A stretch of DNA of 64,000 bases. Source: Candidatus Yonathbacteria bacterium. GTDB taxonomy: Bacteria > Patescibacteriota > Minisyncoccia > Phycocordibacterales > JACNGX01. Below are positions 20,916 through 33,452 of the stretch, in pieces; positions within the stretch are counted from its first letter, which is position 1; the number at the start of each line of letters is the position of its first letter. Position numbers and translations under genes: made by a program. Below the pieces are notes generated by a model. The model searched no databases, was not told where the DNA came from, and saw only the letters and a list, made by a program, of their open reading frames with translations. Where the stretch lies: assembly GCA_013334825.1 (NCBI GenBank), contig JAAXWR010000001.1, forward strand, positions 203,769 to 267,768, given 5' to 3'.

Positions 20916-22694
20916 TTATTGGGTTGTTTTTTCTTTTTCAATAAATATCGGCCAGACATGATCAGTCTCGATATGCCATGAGAGAATGCCACTAAATCGT
21001 TCTGCCGCGGTCACTGCGGAACCGATTGAAACACCGAGCATGTGTTTTGGAAGTCCATAAATAAAATCAGGAGCATAGAGAAATACCGCTGGTGTATCGT
21101 CCGTAATTTCAGCCACGAGTTTGTTGTATGCAGTGAGGCGTTCTTCGGTGTTTGATGAACTGCGAGATGTCTCCAAGAGTTTGTCCGTGGCAACATTTGC
21201 ATACATGGCGATATTGAGTCCTGGATCATTGCGCTGAGAAGAATGCCAGAACGCAAAGAGATCAGTATCACGACCAACGATTTCTCCAAAGAGAAGTGCG
21301 TCATAGTCGCGGGGACGAATGACTGATTGGTTGAGTTCATTTGCGTCAAACACTTTAAGTGTGACAGGAACACCAAGTGCTGTCCAATCTTCGACCAAGA
21401 TGTCGGCGACTGACTTGAGCTCAGGAACATTGGCAGTTGCAAGGGAAAATGAAAGTGTCGTTCCATCGTGTTTCCATGTGCCACTTCCATCGTCGTTCGG
21501 TGACCATGTCCACCCCGCGTCTTCAAGTATTGTACGAGCACGCGCAAGACGTTCTTCACGAGAAATGGTATCTGTGGATTCTGGCGCAACATATCCGAGT
21601 GAGCCAGGAGGGATGGGCCCATGAAGAACAGATCCGTATCCGAAAAGTACTTCATCAACAATACGTTCTTTTTCGGTGGCGATATCAAGTGCTTCACGAA
21701 CAGAAGCATCTGTGAACACAGTTGCTTTATCTTGATTGAAAAACACACCAAAGACACGAGGAAGTGGCGCGTGTTCAATGCGAATACCTTCAAGGGTAAG
21801 CTTTTGAGCAATAGAAGGTGTGATAGCATTTATTCCCTCGATTTCTCCTTTTGAAAACGCATCAACGAGGGTGTCTTCATCGCGATAAAAACGTATACGA
21901 ATATGAGAAAGATATGGTTCACCTGTTGCGTAATCATCAAATGCACGGAGATCATAATAGAGCGGAATACCGCTTCCGTCGCGTCGTGTTCCTGTTACCC
22001 GATACGGACCCGAACCGATTGGTGTTGTGTTGTATGCGCTAAAGCTAAATTCTTCTGCGGTGATTTCCCCCCATATATGTTCGGGAAGAATACCCAGTGT
22101 AGTGTTTTCCAGAAAAGGTGCGTACGGGCGGGGTAGTACGAAAACAATAGTATGTTCATCTTGCGCGGTTACTTCTACACCATCCCAGTTGGCGCGTTTG
22201 GGACTTTTGAGCATACTATCTTGCGCTTTTGTTACGGTGAAAACAATGTCATCAGCAGTTATTGGCTCACCGTCATGGAAACGGAGATCTTCACGGAGAA
22301 TAAAGGTATAGGTAAGTCCATCATTTGAAATACTATATGAAGAGGCGAGATCAGGTATAAACTCTCCCGAAGGAAGCGCCCGCATGAGTCCCGCGTATAC
22401 CAAAGCGGTCATGTCGCGATCCGCGTCAGAAATAGCAAGAAGTGGATTGATAAAACGAGGAGTGCCAATGACACCTTCTGTATATGATCCCCCTTTTGCG
22501 GGGATGACAACCATATGTGCATTATTCACACGATACAGAAAGAGTGTTGTGCTTATAATGAATATCCACAGAAGCGCAAAAAAGATAACACGTTCGGTGT
22601 GTGAAAAAGACGCGACGATGCGCGATATGTGTGAGGAGAACGTCCTGAATGGACGAAAAAAAGAATCGAATGACATTGCAATTGACACGGACAT
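20916..22694 (-). CDS. Peptide/nickel ABC substrate-binding protein (SBP family 5), membrane-anchored
   Basis: DLASSYSISNDGLTYTFILREDLRFHDGEPITADDIVFT and PIGSGPY. Confidence 0.92.
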   Translation of the reverse strand: MSVSIAMSFDSFFRPFRTFSSHISRIVASFSHTERVIFFALLWIFIISTTLFLYRVNNAHMVVIPAKGGSYTEGVIGTPRFINPLLAISDADRDMTALVYAGLMRALPSGEFIPDLASSYSISNDGLTYTFILREDLRFHDGEPITADDIVFTVTKAQDSMLKSPKRANWDGVEVTAQDEHTIVFVLPRPYAPFLENTTLGILPEHIWGEITAEEFSFSAYNTTPIGSGPYRVTGTRRDGSGIPLYYDLRAFDDYATGEPYLSHIRIRFYRDEDTLVDAFSKGEIEGINAITPSIAQKLTLEGIRIEHAPLPRVFGVFFNQDKATVFTDASVREALDIATEKERIVDEVLFGYGSVLHGPIPPGSLGYVAPESTDTISREERLARARTILEDAGWTWSPNDDGSGTWKHDGTTLSFSLATANVPELKSVADILVEDWTALGVPVTLKVFDANELNQSVIRPRDYDALLFGEIVGRDTDLFAFWHSSQRNDPGLNIAMYANVATDKLLETSRSSSNTEERLTAYNKLVAEITDDTPAVFLYAPDFIYGLPKHMLGVSIGSAVTAAERFSGILSWHIETDHVWPIFIEKEKTTQ

Positions 22695-22726
22695 GACAAA
22701 ATCATGCCGAGAAAGAGAGATGTGCG

Positions 22727-22957
22727 CTAGACGACCAGCGAGAGGAATACGGAGACTGCAAAGAGTACGCCGATAATGATAGTAGCGTAAAAGAGTGTTT
22801 TTTCGGCACCACGGCGCTCATGAAAACCGCTCATGCTGTCAGCACCACCAAATGCACCACCTAAACCAGCTCCTGTTTGTTGAAGGAGTATGGCAATGAC
22901 GAGCAGTGTGGCGAGGACGGCTTGCGCCCAGGGCAGAATGTCTCCGAGAAATTCCAT
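22727..22957 (-). CDS. secG: Preprotein translocase subunit SecG
   Basis: ILLQQTGAGLGGAFGG...RRGAEKTL, with two TMs. Confidence 0.93.
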   Translation of the reverse strand: MEFLGDILPWAQAVLATLLVIAILLQQTGAGLGGAFGGADSMSGFHERRGAEKTLFYATIIIGVLFAVSVFLSLVV

Positions 22958-23029
22958 TGCTGTAGAGTATACCATAGTACGATTTTTACGCAATGGGAAT
23001 GTGAAAATCCGATGGTTAAAAGATTTTTA

Positions 23030-23057
23030 TTGACGTATCATTGTTTCGCGATATAAT
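23030..23057 (+). promoter_or_regulatory. sigma70 promoter of groESL
   Basis: TTGACG-16 bp-TATAAT. No CIRCE seen. Confidence 0.65.
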
Positions 23058-23094
23058 TTGAACGCATTATTAGTAATATATTTTTTTAAACGAT

Positions 23095-23421
23095 ATGGCT
23101 ACAAAGAAACAATCGGCGGAAAAAACCGCAATTATCCCACTCGGAGATAGAGTGCTTGTCAAACCTCTTGATCCGAATGAACACAAGACGACTGCGTCTG
23201 GTATTATCATCCCTGATACGATTGATCGTGAACGTCCTGAACAGGGTACTGTTATCGCAGTTGGCGAAGGACGTTTGACGGATGAAGGAAAACGGCTACC
23301 GCTTTCTGTAAAAAAAGGTGATGTTATTATCTTCTCAAAATATGGACCAGATGAGGTGAAAGTTGATGGAGAGGAATATTATATTATTGGAGAAGCGAAT
23401 ATACTTGCAGTGCTGAGATAA
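23095..23421 (+). CDS. groES: Co-chaperonin GroES
   Basis: PLGDRVLV...TASGIIIPD motif. Confidence 0.97.
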   Translation: MATKKQSAEKTAIIPLGDRVLVKPLDPNEHKTTASGIIIPDTIDRERPEQGTVIAVGEGRLTDEGKRLPLSVKKGDVIIFSKYGPDEVKVDGEEYYIIGEANILAVLR

Positions 23422-23532
23422 ATGTCTTGATCAATGAGAAAAATTTGTTCGCACATAGTGAAGTAATATGGGTATCATATGTATAAAAATGTAAACACAA
23501 TATTTTTTTATTCTTCAATTCTTTATTCTTAA

Positions 23533-25203
<1,671 letters not shown>

Positions 25204-25244
25204 CACGAAATAAAAATCACAGAGATATTGGTAAAAAAGAATAG

Positions 25245-25310
25245 AAAAAGCGCGGCGGGGAAGTCTCCCCGCCGCGCTTTTTTCGCAAAAAAAAAGAGAC
25301 CCCGAAGGGT
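25245..25310. terminator. Back-to-back terminators for groEL and the convergent orphan
   Basis: AAAAAGCGCGGCGGGG-AAGTCT-CCCCGCCGCGCTTTTT, then A-tract + AGACCC-CGAA-GGGTCT. Confidence 0.8.
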
Positions 25311-25322
25311 CTATTGTATGCA

Positions 25323-25913
25323 TCAATCGTGTACGCCGATGCCGTATGGATGTATGTCATCCATATTGAGAATATTATCTCCAAAAAGCGCGAAGGCATC
25401 ATCTTCATCGGGAGTCTCTCTTTTTTGCATATCGGACGATAGCATCGTCACGCAAAAGATGAAACCACGGGGATTGTCTCCTTTGCCGAATAGAGATTTT
25501 TCTGCCTTTTCAATGGGTGAGTCAGCAGAAATCTCAAATACCTGCAAAGGCAGTTTCGTTCCCTCGACGATAAAAAAAGTCGGCTCGTCAAAAGAAAGGA
25601 TATTTTTTGAGAGAAGATGTGTGGCGTTTGCTTTTTCGGCAAGCATCTGACGAATCGTCAGACCTGGGGTGATAGCAAATGCCTTGCAGAGAAATGTTCG
25701 GACGGAATCATCCTCCAAACTTTTCTCAAACGCCCCGTATGCCTTGTTATAGGCATCGTCTCCCGAGAACGTTTCTTTTCTCAGGCAGGGAACTGTGGCA
25801 TTTGGGTCCTCACCAAGGACAAGGAGCATGAACATATCCCTGTTCTCTGAAGGGAGCATACCGCTTCCATGAAGGAAGATAAGTGTTTCAACTGTTGATG
25901 ACATAAAAATCAT
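25323..25913 (-). CDS. Orphan hypothetical protein
   Basis: 196-aa ORF with promoter TTGCGT-17-TATTAT at 25960-25988 and its own terminator. Confidence 0.7.
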   Translation of the reverse strand: MIFMSSTVETLIFLHGSGMLPSENRDMFMLLVLGEDPNATVPCLRKETFSGDDAYNKAYGAFEKSLEDDSVRTFLCKAFAITPGLTIRQMLAEKANATHLLSKNILSFDEPTFFIVEGTKLPLQVFEISADSPIEKAEKSLFGKGDNPRGFIFCVTMLSSDMQKRETPDEDDAFALFGDNILNMDDIHPYGIGVHD

Positions 25914-26048
25914 TTTTTAAGAAAAATTATGAATGAAAAAAGAACAATAACGAGTAAATATAATACAACATATATTTATAATACGCAAGTGCATCGTTTT
26001 GTATTAACACACTTGCAAAAAGACTGGAATAACCGATACAATAGGGGT

Positions 26049-26345
26049 ATGTCTGACATTACTTTAGAATCGCTCAATGAGCGTTTGGAACGTATTGAGC
26101 AACTCGCAGAACGTTCTTTTGAAACTATTGATAGAAAACTTACTGCCATGGAAGAAGCAGAACGTGCCGATATTCCTGCGATGGCAGAAGAAGTGCGTAT
26201 GGCGATTGAAAACGTACGCCGTGACACAGAAGGAAATCTTAGATATATCTATGACAAGTTTGAAAGAGAGTGGAATGCACTTGAGTCAACTGTTGAACGT
26301 ATGAATACAGCCGTTGATCGCATTGATGAGAAATTGAGCAGATAA
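26049..26345 (+). CDS. Small coiled-coil protein
   Basis: Heptad-rich acidic sequence, with TACAAT just upstream of the ATG. Confidence 0.75.
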   Translation: MSDITLESLNERLERIEQLAERSFETIDRKLTAMEEAERADIPAMAEEVRMAIENVRRDTEGNLRYIYDKFEREWNALESTVERMNTAVDRIDEKLSR

Positions 26346-26382
26346 TTTAATTTTTCTCAAAGGATGTATATGTGCAACACAT

Positions 26383-26434
26383 CATGCATCATAAAGGCGC
26401 GCGACCTTCTGGTCGCGCGCCTTTATGATGCATG
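26383..26434. terminator. 24-bp perfect inverted repeat between convergent genes
   Basis: CATGCATCATAAAGGCGCGCGACC-TTCT-reverse complement. Confidence 0.75.
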
Positions 26435-26480
26435 TCGGATGCATGTGTATGAAAATCTTCACGATAGTTTCGTATAAAGT

Positions 26481-27095
26481 TTACGAGATAAAGGGTACGA
26501 ACAAGTATCCAGGATATTCGTGTCGTTCGTATCGTTCGTCCGTATGTTTTACTAATAGGACAATAGATTCTCCCACAGGAACAACAAGTCGTCCACCATT
26601 GGCAAGTTGCGCAGTCCACACTTCAGGAATATGTGTGACTGTCGCTGCGCCGATGATACGGTCGTAGGGTGCATGTTCAGGGAGTCCATGTTCCGCGCTT
26701 TTGGCAAGTATCATCGTACGGCCTTCAGTGATATATCCGTAGGTGTTGATGTTTTGTACTGCGGTTTCGGCAAGTTCCTTTACAATCTCCATGCCGTACA
26801 CGTTGCCGTACTGTCCCACAATGTGTGACAGAAGCGCGGTTTGCCACCCCGATCCAGAGCCAATGTCGAGTATTGTTTGTTCCGCGTCTGGTTGTAAGAG
26901 TTCCAACATAAACGCGACAGTTTCTGGTTGGGAGATTGTTTGTCCGTGTCCAATGGTAAGAGGATAATTTTGATATGCTTCAAGCTTTTTGTCCGCAGGA
27001 ACAAAATGCGCACGGTCGATTGCTTCGAACGCTTCAATGATATGGGGAGTCTTCAACACGCCTCGTTCTTTGAGTTGGGTGATGAGATGTTGCAT
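26481..27095 (-). CDS. pcm: Protein-L-isoaspartate O-methyltransferase
   Basis: GQTISQP, LDIGSGSGW, APYDRI and GGRLVVPVG motifs. Confidence 0.95.
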   Translation of the reverse strand: MQHLITQLKERGVLKTPHIIEAFEAIDRAHFVPADKKLEAYQNYPLTIGHGQTISQPETVAFMLELLQPDAEQTILDIGSGSGWQTALLSHIVGQYGNVYGMEIVKELAETAVQNINTYGYITEGRTMILAKSAEHGLPEHAPYDRIIGAATVTHIPEVWTAQLANGGRLVVPVGESIVLLVKHTDERYERHEYPGYLFVPFIS

Positions 27096-27099
27096 AGTA

Positions 27100-27218
27100 A
27101 CATTTCAAATATCAAAAACTAAACAATAGTAAAAATATTTTTTCAAAGACAGTATTTTTGATATTGTTTTTTGAATATTTGAATTTGTTTGTGTTTTGTT
27201 TTTTGAATATTGGAATTT
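27100..27218. repeat. AT-rich imperfect palindrome of 7-8-mer units
   Basis: Same style as 50700-50835. Confidence 0.6.
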
Positions 27219-27674
27219 TTAAACAAAAGATTCTTCAATTGCTTTGCGTACATCCGCGCCTCCCGCTCTACCTTTGAGCTCGAACATCACTGCTCCCATA
27301 AGTTTGTTCATGTCTGTTTTGTCTACAATGCCAAGTGCTGACTTTTTTGCTTCAACGGTGGCAACAATTTCGTCGTATGAAAGTTGTGCAGGGAGATAGG
27401 TTTCAAGAATGGTTCGTTCCGTGTCCTCGTTTTCTGCAAGTTCCGGACGCCCACCTGCGCGAAACTGATCCGCGGCTTCTTTTCGTTGTTTTGCAAGGCG
27501 CGTGAGCACCGTCATGACCATGTCATCGTCAGGTGCATCGGTGGGACGTTTCTTTTGCGCGACAAGTTCATTGGTGAGTGCGGAAATAACCGACCGGATG
27601 GTAGTCAGGCGTGTTTCTTCCTTGGCACGCATTGCGTCTTTGAGATCTTCTTTGAGTTGTAAATAAAGAGACAT
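27219..27674 (-). CDS. yqeY: GatB/YqeY domain protein
   Basis: LKDAMRAK...KQRKEAADQFRAGGR...YLPAQL. Confidence 0.93.
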   Translation of the reverse strand: MSLYLQLKEDLKDAMRAKEETRLTTIRSVISALTNELVAQKKRPTDAPDDDMVMTVLTRLAKQRKEAADQFRAGGRPELAENEDTERTILETYLPAQLSYDEIVATVEAKKSALGIVDKTDMNKLMGAVMFELKGRAGGADVRKAIEESFV

Positions 27675-27699
27675 AAGAAAATGATAATCAATAATATTT

Positions 27700-28176
27700 T
27701 TAGTATATCAGAAATAGTAAAAAAGGGGAGAAACAGGGCAGTTGAGAAACGCTTGACAAAATATTTCTCTTGGTATATAATAGTAAAAGAAATTGAGTCT
27801 TGCCGTAAGGAATAGAAACACAATTCGGTATGATATTCCACTTGTTGGAATGTGCCCTTTTGTCTGGTCTTATGATTAAAGAGTCCAGAATGTTCGTATT
27901 CCTTACGCGCATCTTTTGCAATACTTGATATACCTTCTGTCGGGGTATCAAGATCATAGACAGAGATTTCTTCTAAAGACGCCAACGGTTTTTGGGGGAT
28001 ATGTAAAGGACAGTTGGTTCTCTTGCAATACGATTCGCGGTACGCAAGAGAAATGACAGCGATATACTTTGGGGTTGCACCTACCCCAAAGAAGAACTCA
28101 AAGGTGTTACCCCGGGTTTTATACTCGGGGTTATGTTATTTGCTTGCCCAGAAACGCTATATTGCATATACTGCAT
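27700..28176 (-). pseudogene. Possible degraded orphan gene
   Basis: The open frame extends to ~28135 without an in-frame ATG, and the upstream ATG (28176) is in another frame. Confidence 0.3.
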
Positions 28177-28358
28177 ACCATAAGAGTTTATTATAAAAAG
28201 TATGTTGAAATGACGTGTGTTGTGTAGCACTTTTTTTTAATGTTAATATTTAATTTCCCCATTCTCGTCTACCCTAATACCCTATAAGCTATTTCCTAAC
28301 CTCCTCATGTACTTATATACTAACCTCCTAACATACTAACCTCCTAACCTCCTACCTT

Positions 28359-30137
28359 ATGCTTTCTCGCGATATTCGATCCACATTTCTCAAATTTTTT
28401 GAAAAGAGGGGACATGCGATTGTTCCATCTGCTCCGCTCGTACCCGAAAATGACCCATCGGTACTTTTTAATACTGCGGGCATGCAACCGCTCGTTCCGT
28501 ATCTCATGGGACAACCCTATCCGACTGGCGCAAAGCGTATTGCAAATATTCAAAAATGTGTGCGTACCCAAGACATTGAAGAAGTCGGTGACAAAACGCA
28601 CGATACATTTTTTGAAATGCTCGGTAACTGGTCGCTCGGTGATTATTTTAAAGAAGATGCGATTGCGTGGAGTTATACGCTCTTGACGAACAAGGAGGAA
28701 GGGTTTGGACTTGATCCCGCACGTTTGTACGTGACGGTTTTTGCGGGAAATGCTGATGCGCCGCGTGACGACGAAGCTGCCGCGATATGGAAAAAGCTCG
28801 GTGTGCCTGAACACCGTATCTATTTCCTTGAGGACAACTGGTGGAGTCCGGGTGATAATGGTCCATGTGGTCCTGACTCGGAAATGTTTTATGATATTAC
28901 ACCCGAAGGATTGGGTGATATGACATTTGAGCAATTCAAAGTTGCCGATGATGCGCAAAAAATTGTTGAAATATGGAATGATGTGTTTATGGAATATGAA
29001 AAAAAGGATGGTAAGGTCATTGGTAAGCTTGCGCAAAAGAACGTGGACACTGGTGCGGGACTTGAACGTCTTGCTATGGCGCTTCAGGGGACTGATAGTA
29101 TTTTCACAACGGATTTATTTGATTCGATTATTGCTGCGGTCCATGAACGTGCGTCGATGTTTGATGTGCGTGCTGAGCGTATCATTGCCGACCATATCCG
29201 CACTGCAGTCTTTCTTATTGCAGATGGTGTTCGTCCATCAAATACCGATCAAGGATATATTTTGCGTCGGTTAATACGTCGCGCAGTACGGTATGCTGAC
29301 ACGATTCTTTTGGAAACGGATGCATTGGGAAGTGTCGCAGAAGCGGTTGCCGATGAATATATAAATGTATATCCGAATGTCATCGCGCAAAAAGACGTGA
29401 TTCTTGATGAAATCCGTAAGGAAGAAGAGAAGTTTCGTATGACACTCGCGCAGGGAATGCGAGAGTTTGAAAAAATTATTGGACGTGCAGAGAGTGGTGT
29501 CATCTCTGGAAACGAAGCGTTTACTCTTTTTTCATCGTATGGTTTCCCGTTTGAAATGACGAAAGAAATTGCTCTTGAACGTGGATTATCTATTGATGAA
29601 GAAACATATACTCAAGAAATGAATAAACACCGTGTATTGTCTCGTGCTGGCGCGGAACAAAAATTTAAAGGAGGACTTGCCGACACGAGTGAGAAAACGA
29701 CGGCACTGCATACCGCGACGCATTTGCTTCTTGCGGGGCTGCGCAAAGAACTTGGTAACCATATACATCAGGCGGGTTCCAATATCACTGAAGAACGCTT
29801 ACGTTTTGACTTTACGCATCCGGAAAAAGTGGAGCGTGAGGTACTCGACCGTATCGAAGCGTATGTGAATGACGTTATTCGTGCGGATGTCGAAGTGCGT
29901 ATGGAAGAGATGAAAAAAGAAGAAGCGAAAGCTGCTGGAGTCGAAGGAAGTTTCTGGGAAAAATATCCCGATGTTGTGCGTGTATATAGTATTGTGGGCA
30001 GTGATGGTACAGTGTACTCTCGTGAACTTTGTGGCGGTCCACATGTGACACACACCGGTACGCTTGGCAGGTTTACTATTCAAAAAGAAGAATCATCATC
30101 GGCAGGTGTACGTCGTATCAAAGCGGTACTTGTGTGA
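28359..30137 (+). CDS. alaS: Alanine--tRNA ligase (lacks C-Ala domain)
   Basis: LFNTAGMQP, FEMLGN, DTGAGLER, HTATH and ELCGGPHV. Ends right after the editing domain. Confidence 0.97.
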   Translation: MLSRDIRSTFLKFFEKRGHAIVPSAPLVPENDPSVLFNTAGMQPLVPYLMGQPYPTGAKRIANIQKCVRTQDIEEVGDKTHDTFFEMLGNWSLGDYFKEDAIAWSYTLLTNKEEGFGLDPARLYVTVFAGNADAPRDDEAAAIWKKLGVPEHRIYFLEDNWWSPGDNGPCGPDSEMFYDITPEGLGDMTFEQFKVADDAQKIVEIWNDVFMEYEKKDGKVIGKLAQKNVDTGAGLERLAMALQGTDSIFTTDLFDSIIAAVHERASMFDVRAERIIADHIRTAVFLIADGVRPSNTDQGYILRRLIRRAVRYADTILLETDALGSVAEAVADEYINVYPNVIAQKDVILDEIRKEEEKFRMTLAQGMREFEKIIGRAESGVISGNEAFTLFSSYGFPFEMTKEIALERGLSIDEETYTQEMNKHRVLSRAGAEQKFKGGLADTSEKTTALHTATHLLLAGLRKELGNHIHQAGSNITEERLRFDFTHPEKVEREVLDRIEAYVNDVIRADVEVRMEEMKKEEAKAAGVEGSFWEKYPDVVRVYSIVGSDGTVYSRELCGGPHVTHTGTLGRFTIQKEESSSAGVRRIKAVLV

Positions 30138-30239
30138 TTAACAAGAGGAGACAGGAAACGCAAGTGATAGAAAGAGAAAAAACAAGTGTGAGCATGGATA
30201 TGTTCACGCTTGTTTTTTGTCGTTCATCATTTCACCATG

Positions 30240-30600
30240 AGGATAGATCGTACTGAGTTACGAGATTTAAGTGTCGAAAGACAACAGAACGAGTTTCAAG
30301 TTGGCAGTTTCAAGTTTCAAGAACGCTTACGGATAACGAATACATACGCATGTACGAATACGACTCATTTTCTTTTATCGTTTATAGTTTTCGTCTTCAT
30401 ATTTCATATTTCTATTTTCTTATTTCATCGTCTACCGTTTTTCTTCGTCATTCGTATATTCCCAAGCACCATGCACCACGTAGGGTGCATGGCACGCTTG
30501 ATTCGAGTGTTCGTCCCTATAACCTATCACCTATAACCTCTTTCCTACATTCGTCCGTCCCTCTAACCTCTTTCCTAATCCCACCTTCTTTCCCCACGTA
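30240..30600. repeat. Mosaic intergenic repeat
   Basis: Blocks shared with 10360-10500, 33450-33560 (inverted) and 63045-63170. Confidence 0.85.
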
Positions 30601-30642
30601 CGAGTAGTACAAAACGTATCATGTACGGTATACTATAGTTAC

Positions 30643-31863
30643 ATGTCTCTCTTTCGTCATCATGTAAAACAAAAAGCACGTCTCATTCATGTGTATGACA
30701 TTGGGAGTGCTTCTGTTGGTGGTGCAGTAGTGCTTCTTGAGCATGGGAAGAAAGCTCGCATCATGTATACGGTTCGCCGCGATGTATTTATGCGAGAGAC
30801 TCCTGATGCGAAGCGTTTTCGTGACGAAATTCTCACCGCTCTTTCTGGTGTTGTTGAAGATATAGCAAAACATGCTCCAGCGCATATTCGTTTTACGAAA
30901 CATGCACTGCTACGTCCAGAGAAAGCTTTTTTTATGTTAGCGTCTCCCTGGTACGCGTCACAGACAAGACATGTGCATGTCTCATTTAAACGCCCGACAC
31001 GCATTCGCCAAATAGATCTTGAAGAACGAGCAGAACGAGAATATCAGGATTTTCTCAAATCTCCTGAGGTTCTTGCTTTGGGAGATACTTCTCATACGTT
31101 ATTTGATCGGCGTATTATTCAAGTATCTGTAAATGGTTATGAGACTTCTGTTCCTGAAGGGAAAGAAGCAACAACACTTGATATGAGTATTGTATTTTCT
31201 ATCATTCCTTCAGATGCTGCGACTCGTATGAAAGAAATATGTGAACGTGCTTTTTCTTCGGTGGAGATTGTATTTCAAACATTTTCACTTGCTACGTTTG
31301 ATATTGTGAGAAATAAAGAACCAAATCTTTCAGAATGTATGTTGCTCGATGTGTCAGGGGAAGTATCTGAAGCATCTTTTGTTCGAGAAGGAGTGTTGTG
31401 GGAGACGGTGTCATTTCCTGTTGGGAAACTTACGCTTGTGCGTCGTATCGCCGAACTTCTCGGGAGTACTCCCGATGAAGCATTATCGTCATTGCGTATG
31501 TATGCGGAAAATGGATTTTCTCGTGAAGAAAAAATGCGTATTGGAAAAGCAGTAGAAACAGCAGCGGAATCATGGATGCGTGCTTTGCGTCATGCTGTTT
31601 CAGTTTCTGTCCCTGAAGAACAAATGCCTTCATCTGTGCGCCTTGCGTCCGATGCCGATGTTCTCTCATGGCTGCGTAGTGTTTTGGAACATGAAGAAAT
31701 GTCTCCGCAGGCTGTCGATATGCTCTATGTTCATGATCTTTGCGATATGTCTTCTGGTATCACATATGATTCATTTCTTGTTGTTGGTTCTGCTTTTTCT
31801 GCGCGTATATGCAATGAAAACAATCCACATCGTTTTTCGCATACACAAGGACGACGCTCGTGA
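30643..31863 (+). CDS. Divergent FtsA/actin-like fold protein
   Basis: YDIGSASVGG (phosphate-1-like) and LLDVSGEVSE (phosphate-2-like), then FPVGK. Confidence 0.75.
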   Translation: MSLFRHHVKQKARLIHVYDIGSASVGGAVVLLEHGKKARIMYTVRRDVFMRETPDAKRFRDEILTALSGVVEDIAKHAPAHIRFTKHALLRPEKAFFMLASPWYASQTRHVHVSFKRPTRIRQIDLEERAEREYQDFLKSPEVLALGDTSHTLFDRRIIQVSVNGYETSVPEGKEATTLDMSIVFSIIPSDAATRMKEICERAFSSVEIVFQTFSLATFDIVRNKEPNLSECMLLDVSGEVSEASFVREGVLWETVSFPVGKLTLVRRIAELLGSTPDEALSSLRMYAENGFSREEKMRIGKAVETAAESWMRALRHAVSVSVPEEQMPSSVRLASDADVLSWLRSVLEHEEMSPQAVDMLYVHDLCDMSSGITYDSFLVVGSAFSARICNENNPHRFSHTQGRRS

Positions 31864-31922
31864 TATACTAATACATACCGTTTCCAATATTTTATTATCT
31901 CTTTTTCATCTTTATATTTTTT

Positions 31923-33452
31923 ATGCCACGAAAATCTATGAACGACATCCGAACGACGCGTAATGTTCGGATGAAAAAAACATCATCTGTGCATTCTGAG
32001 ACAGAGTCTGCTTCTCCCAAAGAGCATACCTCATTTGATGTTCGTTCGTCACACGAAGAATCTCCAAAGAATAGTGAATTTTTCGCATATGTAAAAGAAG
32101 GGAAAAAACGCACACCTTCATCCTTGCGTTCTCATGCTCCGCGTAAAGCACCCGTTTCTCCACGAAAACGTTCTCTTGTTGATGTCTCAGATGTGGACGC
32201 TATTGATAAAGAAGACGCGACAGTCTCTGAGAGTATGTCTCGTCCTTCTGCTCCTCAGCCGATTGAGTGGACTCGTCCAGGTGTGCGAACATCAGGAGGA
32301 AAAGGTATTTGGTGGATTGCGGCTGTTGCAGTATTTGTTTTTGTTATTATGTTGATGAATGTGTTTGCGGGGGCGACAGTTACCCTTGTTCCCAAGCAGG
32401 AAAATACATTTATTGAGGGAAACTTTACTGCTATGCGTGGGGGAAGTGCAGATAGTCAAGATTCGATTGGATTTGAAGTGATGGATGTTGTCGCAGAAGA
32501 ATCTATTGAAATCCTCGCAACAGAAGAACGTGAGTCTGAGCGTCGCGCGTCTGGAACAATCGTCATTTACAATACATATAGTACAAACGAGCAACGGCTT
32601 GTGAAAAAAACACGTTTTGAGGATCCCGCGGGACATATTTATCGTATCAATGAATCTGTTGTGATACCAGGTATGCGTACCGAAGGAGGAGAAACGATTC
32701 CAGGTTCTGTCGAAGTAACCGTTTCTGCTGATGAACCAGGAACTGATTTTAATATTGCACTTGTTGATTTTACTATTCCTGGATTTAAAGGTTCTCCTCA
32801 ATACGACAAGATGTATGCACGTTCAAAGACGCCGATGACAGGAGGATTTGTTGGACTTGAAAAGGTTGCTTCTGAATCTGAAGTAATCGCAGCACAACAA
32901 GAATTGGAAAAGAAACTTTCCGAAAAACTTTTATCTGACGCACGGAGTCAGACACCAGCAGGATCAATTCTTGCAGAATATGCGACAACACATACATTTG
33001 AACATCTTGACCCTGTTCCATCCGATGATAATAAAAATGTTATCGTTACCGTTCGCGGCACACTCCATGCAATGGTATTTGATGGGGGAGAAATGGCACG
33101 ATTTATCGCTCGTCGATCTGTCGCATCTTATGATGATAAAGATGTCTATTTTTCGGATGTATCAAAACTTTCAATAGGTATCGTTCCTGAGGAAAATGGA
33201 GAAGCTGTGATTGATGATACTGTTACCATATCTCTCGGAGGTACACCACACATTGTATGGACTGTTGATAAGAAAGAAGTCCTGTCGGCAATTGTTGGGC
33301 GTTCCAAAAAGGAGTTTGATGAGACGATGAAGAAGTTTCCCGCCATTGCGTCCGCGCAGGCATCAATGCACCCATTTTGGAAAGGGGAGTTTCCTGAAGA
33401 CGCGAAAGATATCTCTGTTGTGCAAATTGTTGATGGAAAAGAAGTGAAGTGA
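31923..33452 (+). CDS. Single-pass membrane protein with baseplate-J/gp47-like extracellular region
   Basis: Disordered N-terminus and a TM, then RASGTIVIYN...TRF...VTVSADEPGTDFNI...MTGG. Confidence 0.75.
   Translation: MPRKSMNDIRTTRNVRMKKTSSVHSETESASPKEHTSFDVRSSHEESPKNSEFFAYVKEGKKRTPSSLRSHAPRKAPVSPRKRSLVDVSDVDAIDKEDATVSESMSRPSAPQPIEWTRPGVRTSGGKGIWWIAAVAVFVFVIMLMNVFAGATVTLVPKQENTFIEGNFTAMRGGSADSQDSIGFEVMDVVAEESIEILATEERESERRASGTIVIYNTYSTNEQRLVKKTRFEDPAGHIYRINESVVIPGMRTEGGETIPGSVEVTVSADEPGTDFNIALVDFTIPGFKGSPQYDKMYARSKTPMTGGFVGLEKVASESEVIAAQQELEKKLSEKLLSDARSQTPAGSILAEYATTHTFEHLDPVPSDDNKNVIVTVRGTLHAMVFDGGEMARFIARRSVASYDDKDVYFSDVSKLSIGIVPEENGEAVIDDTVTISLGGTPHIVWTVDKKEVLSAIVGRSKKEFDETMKKFPAIASAQASMHPFWKGEFPEDAKDISVVQIVDGKEVK

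Noticed and set aside
31923-33452. Prophage
   Set aside because: The baseplate-like protein has a TM anchor, and no other phage genes are nearby.
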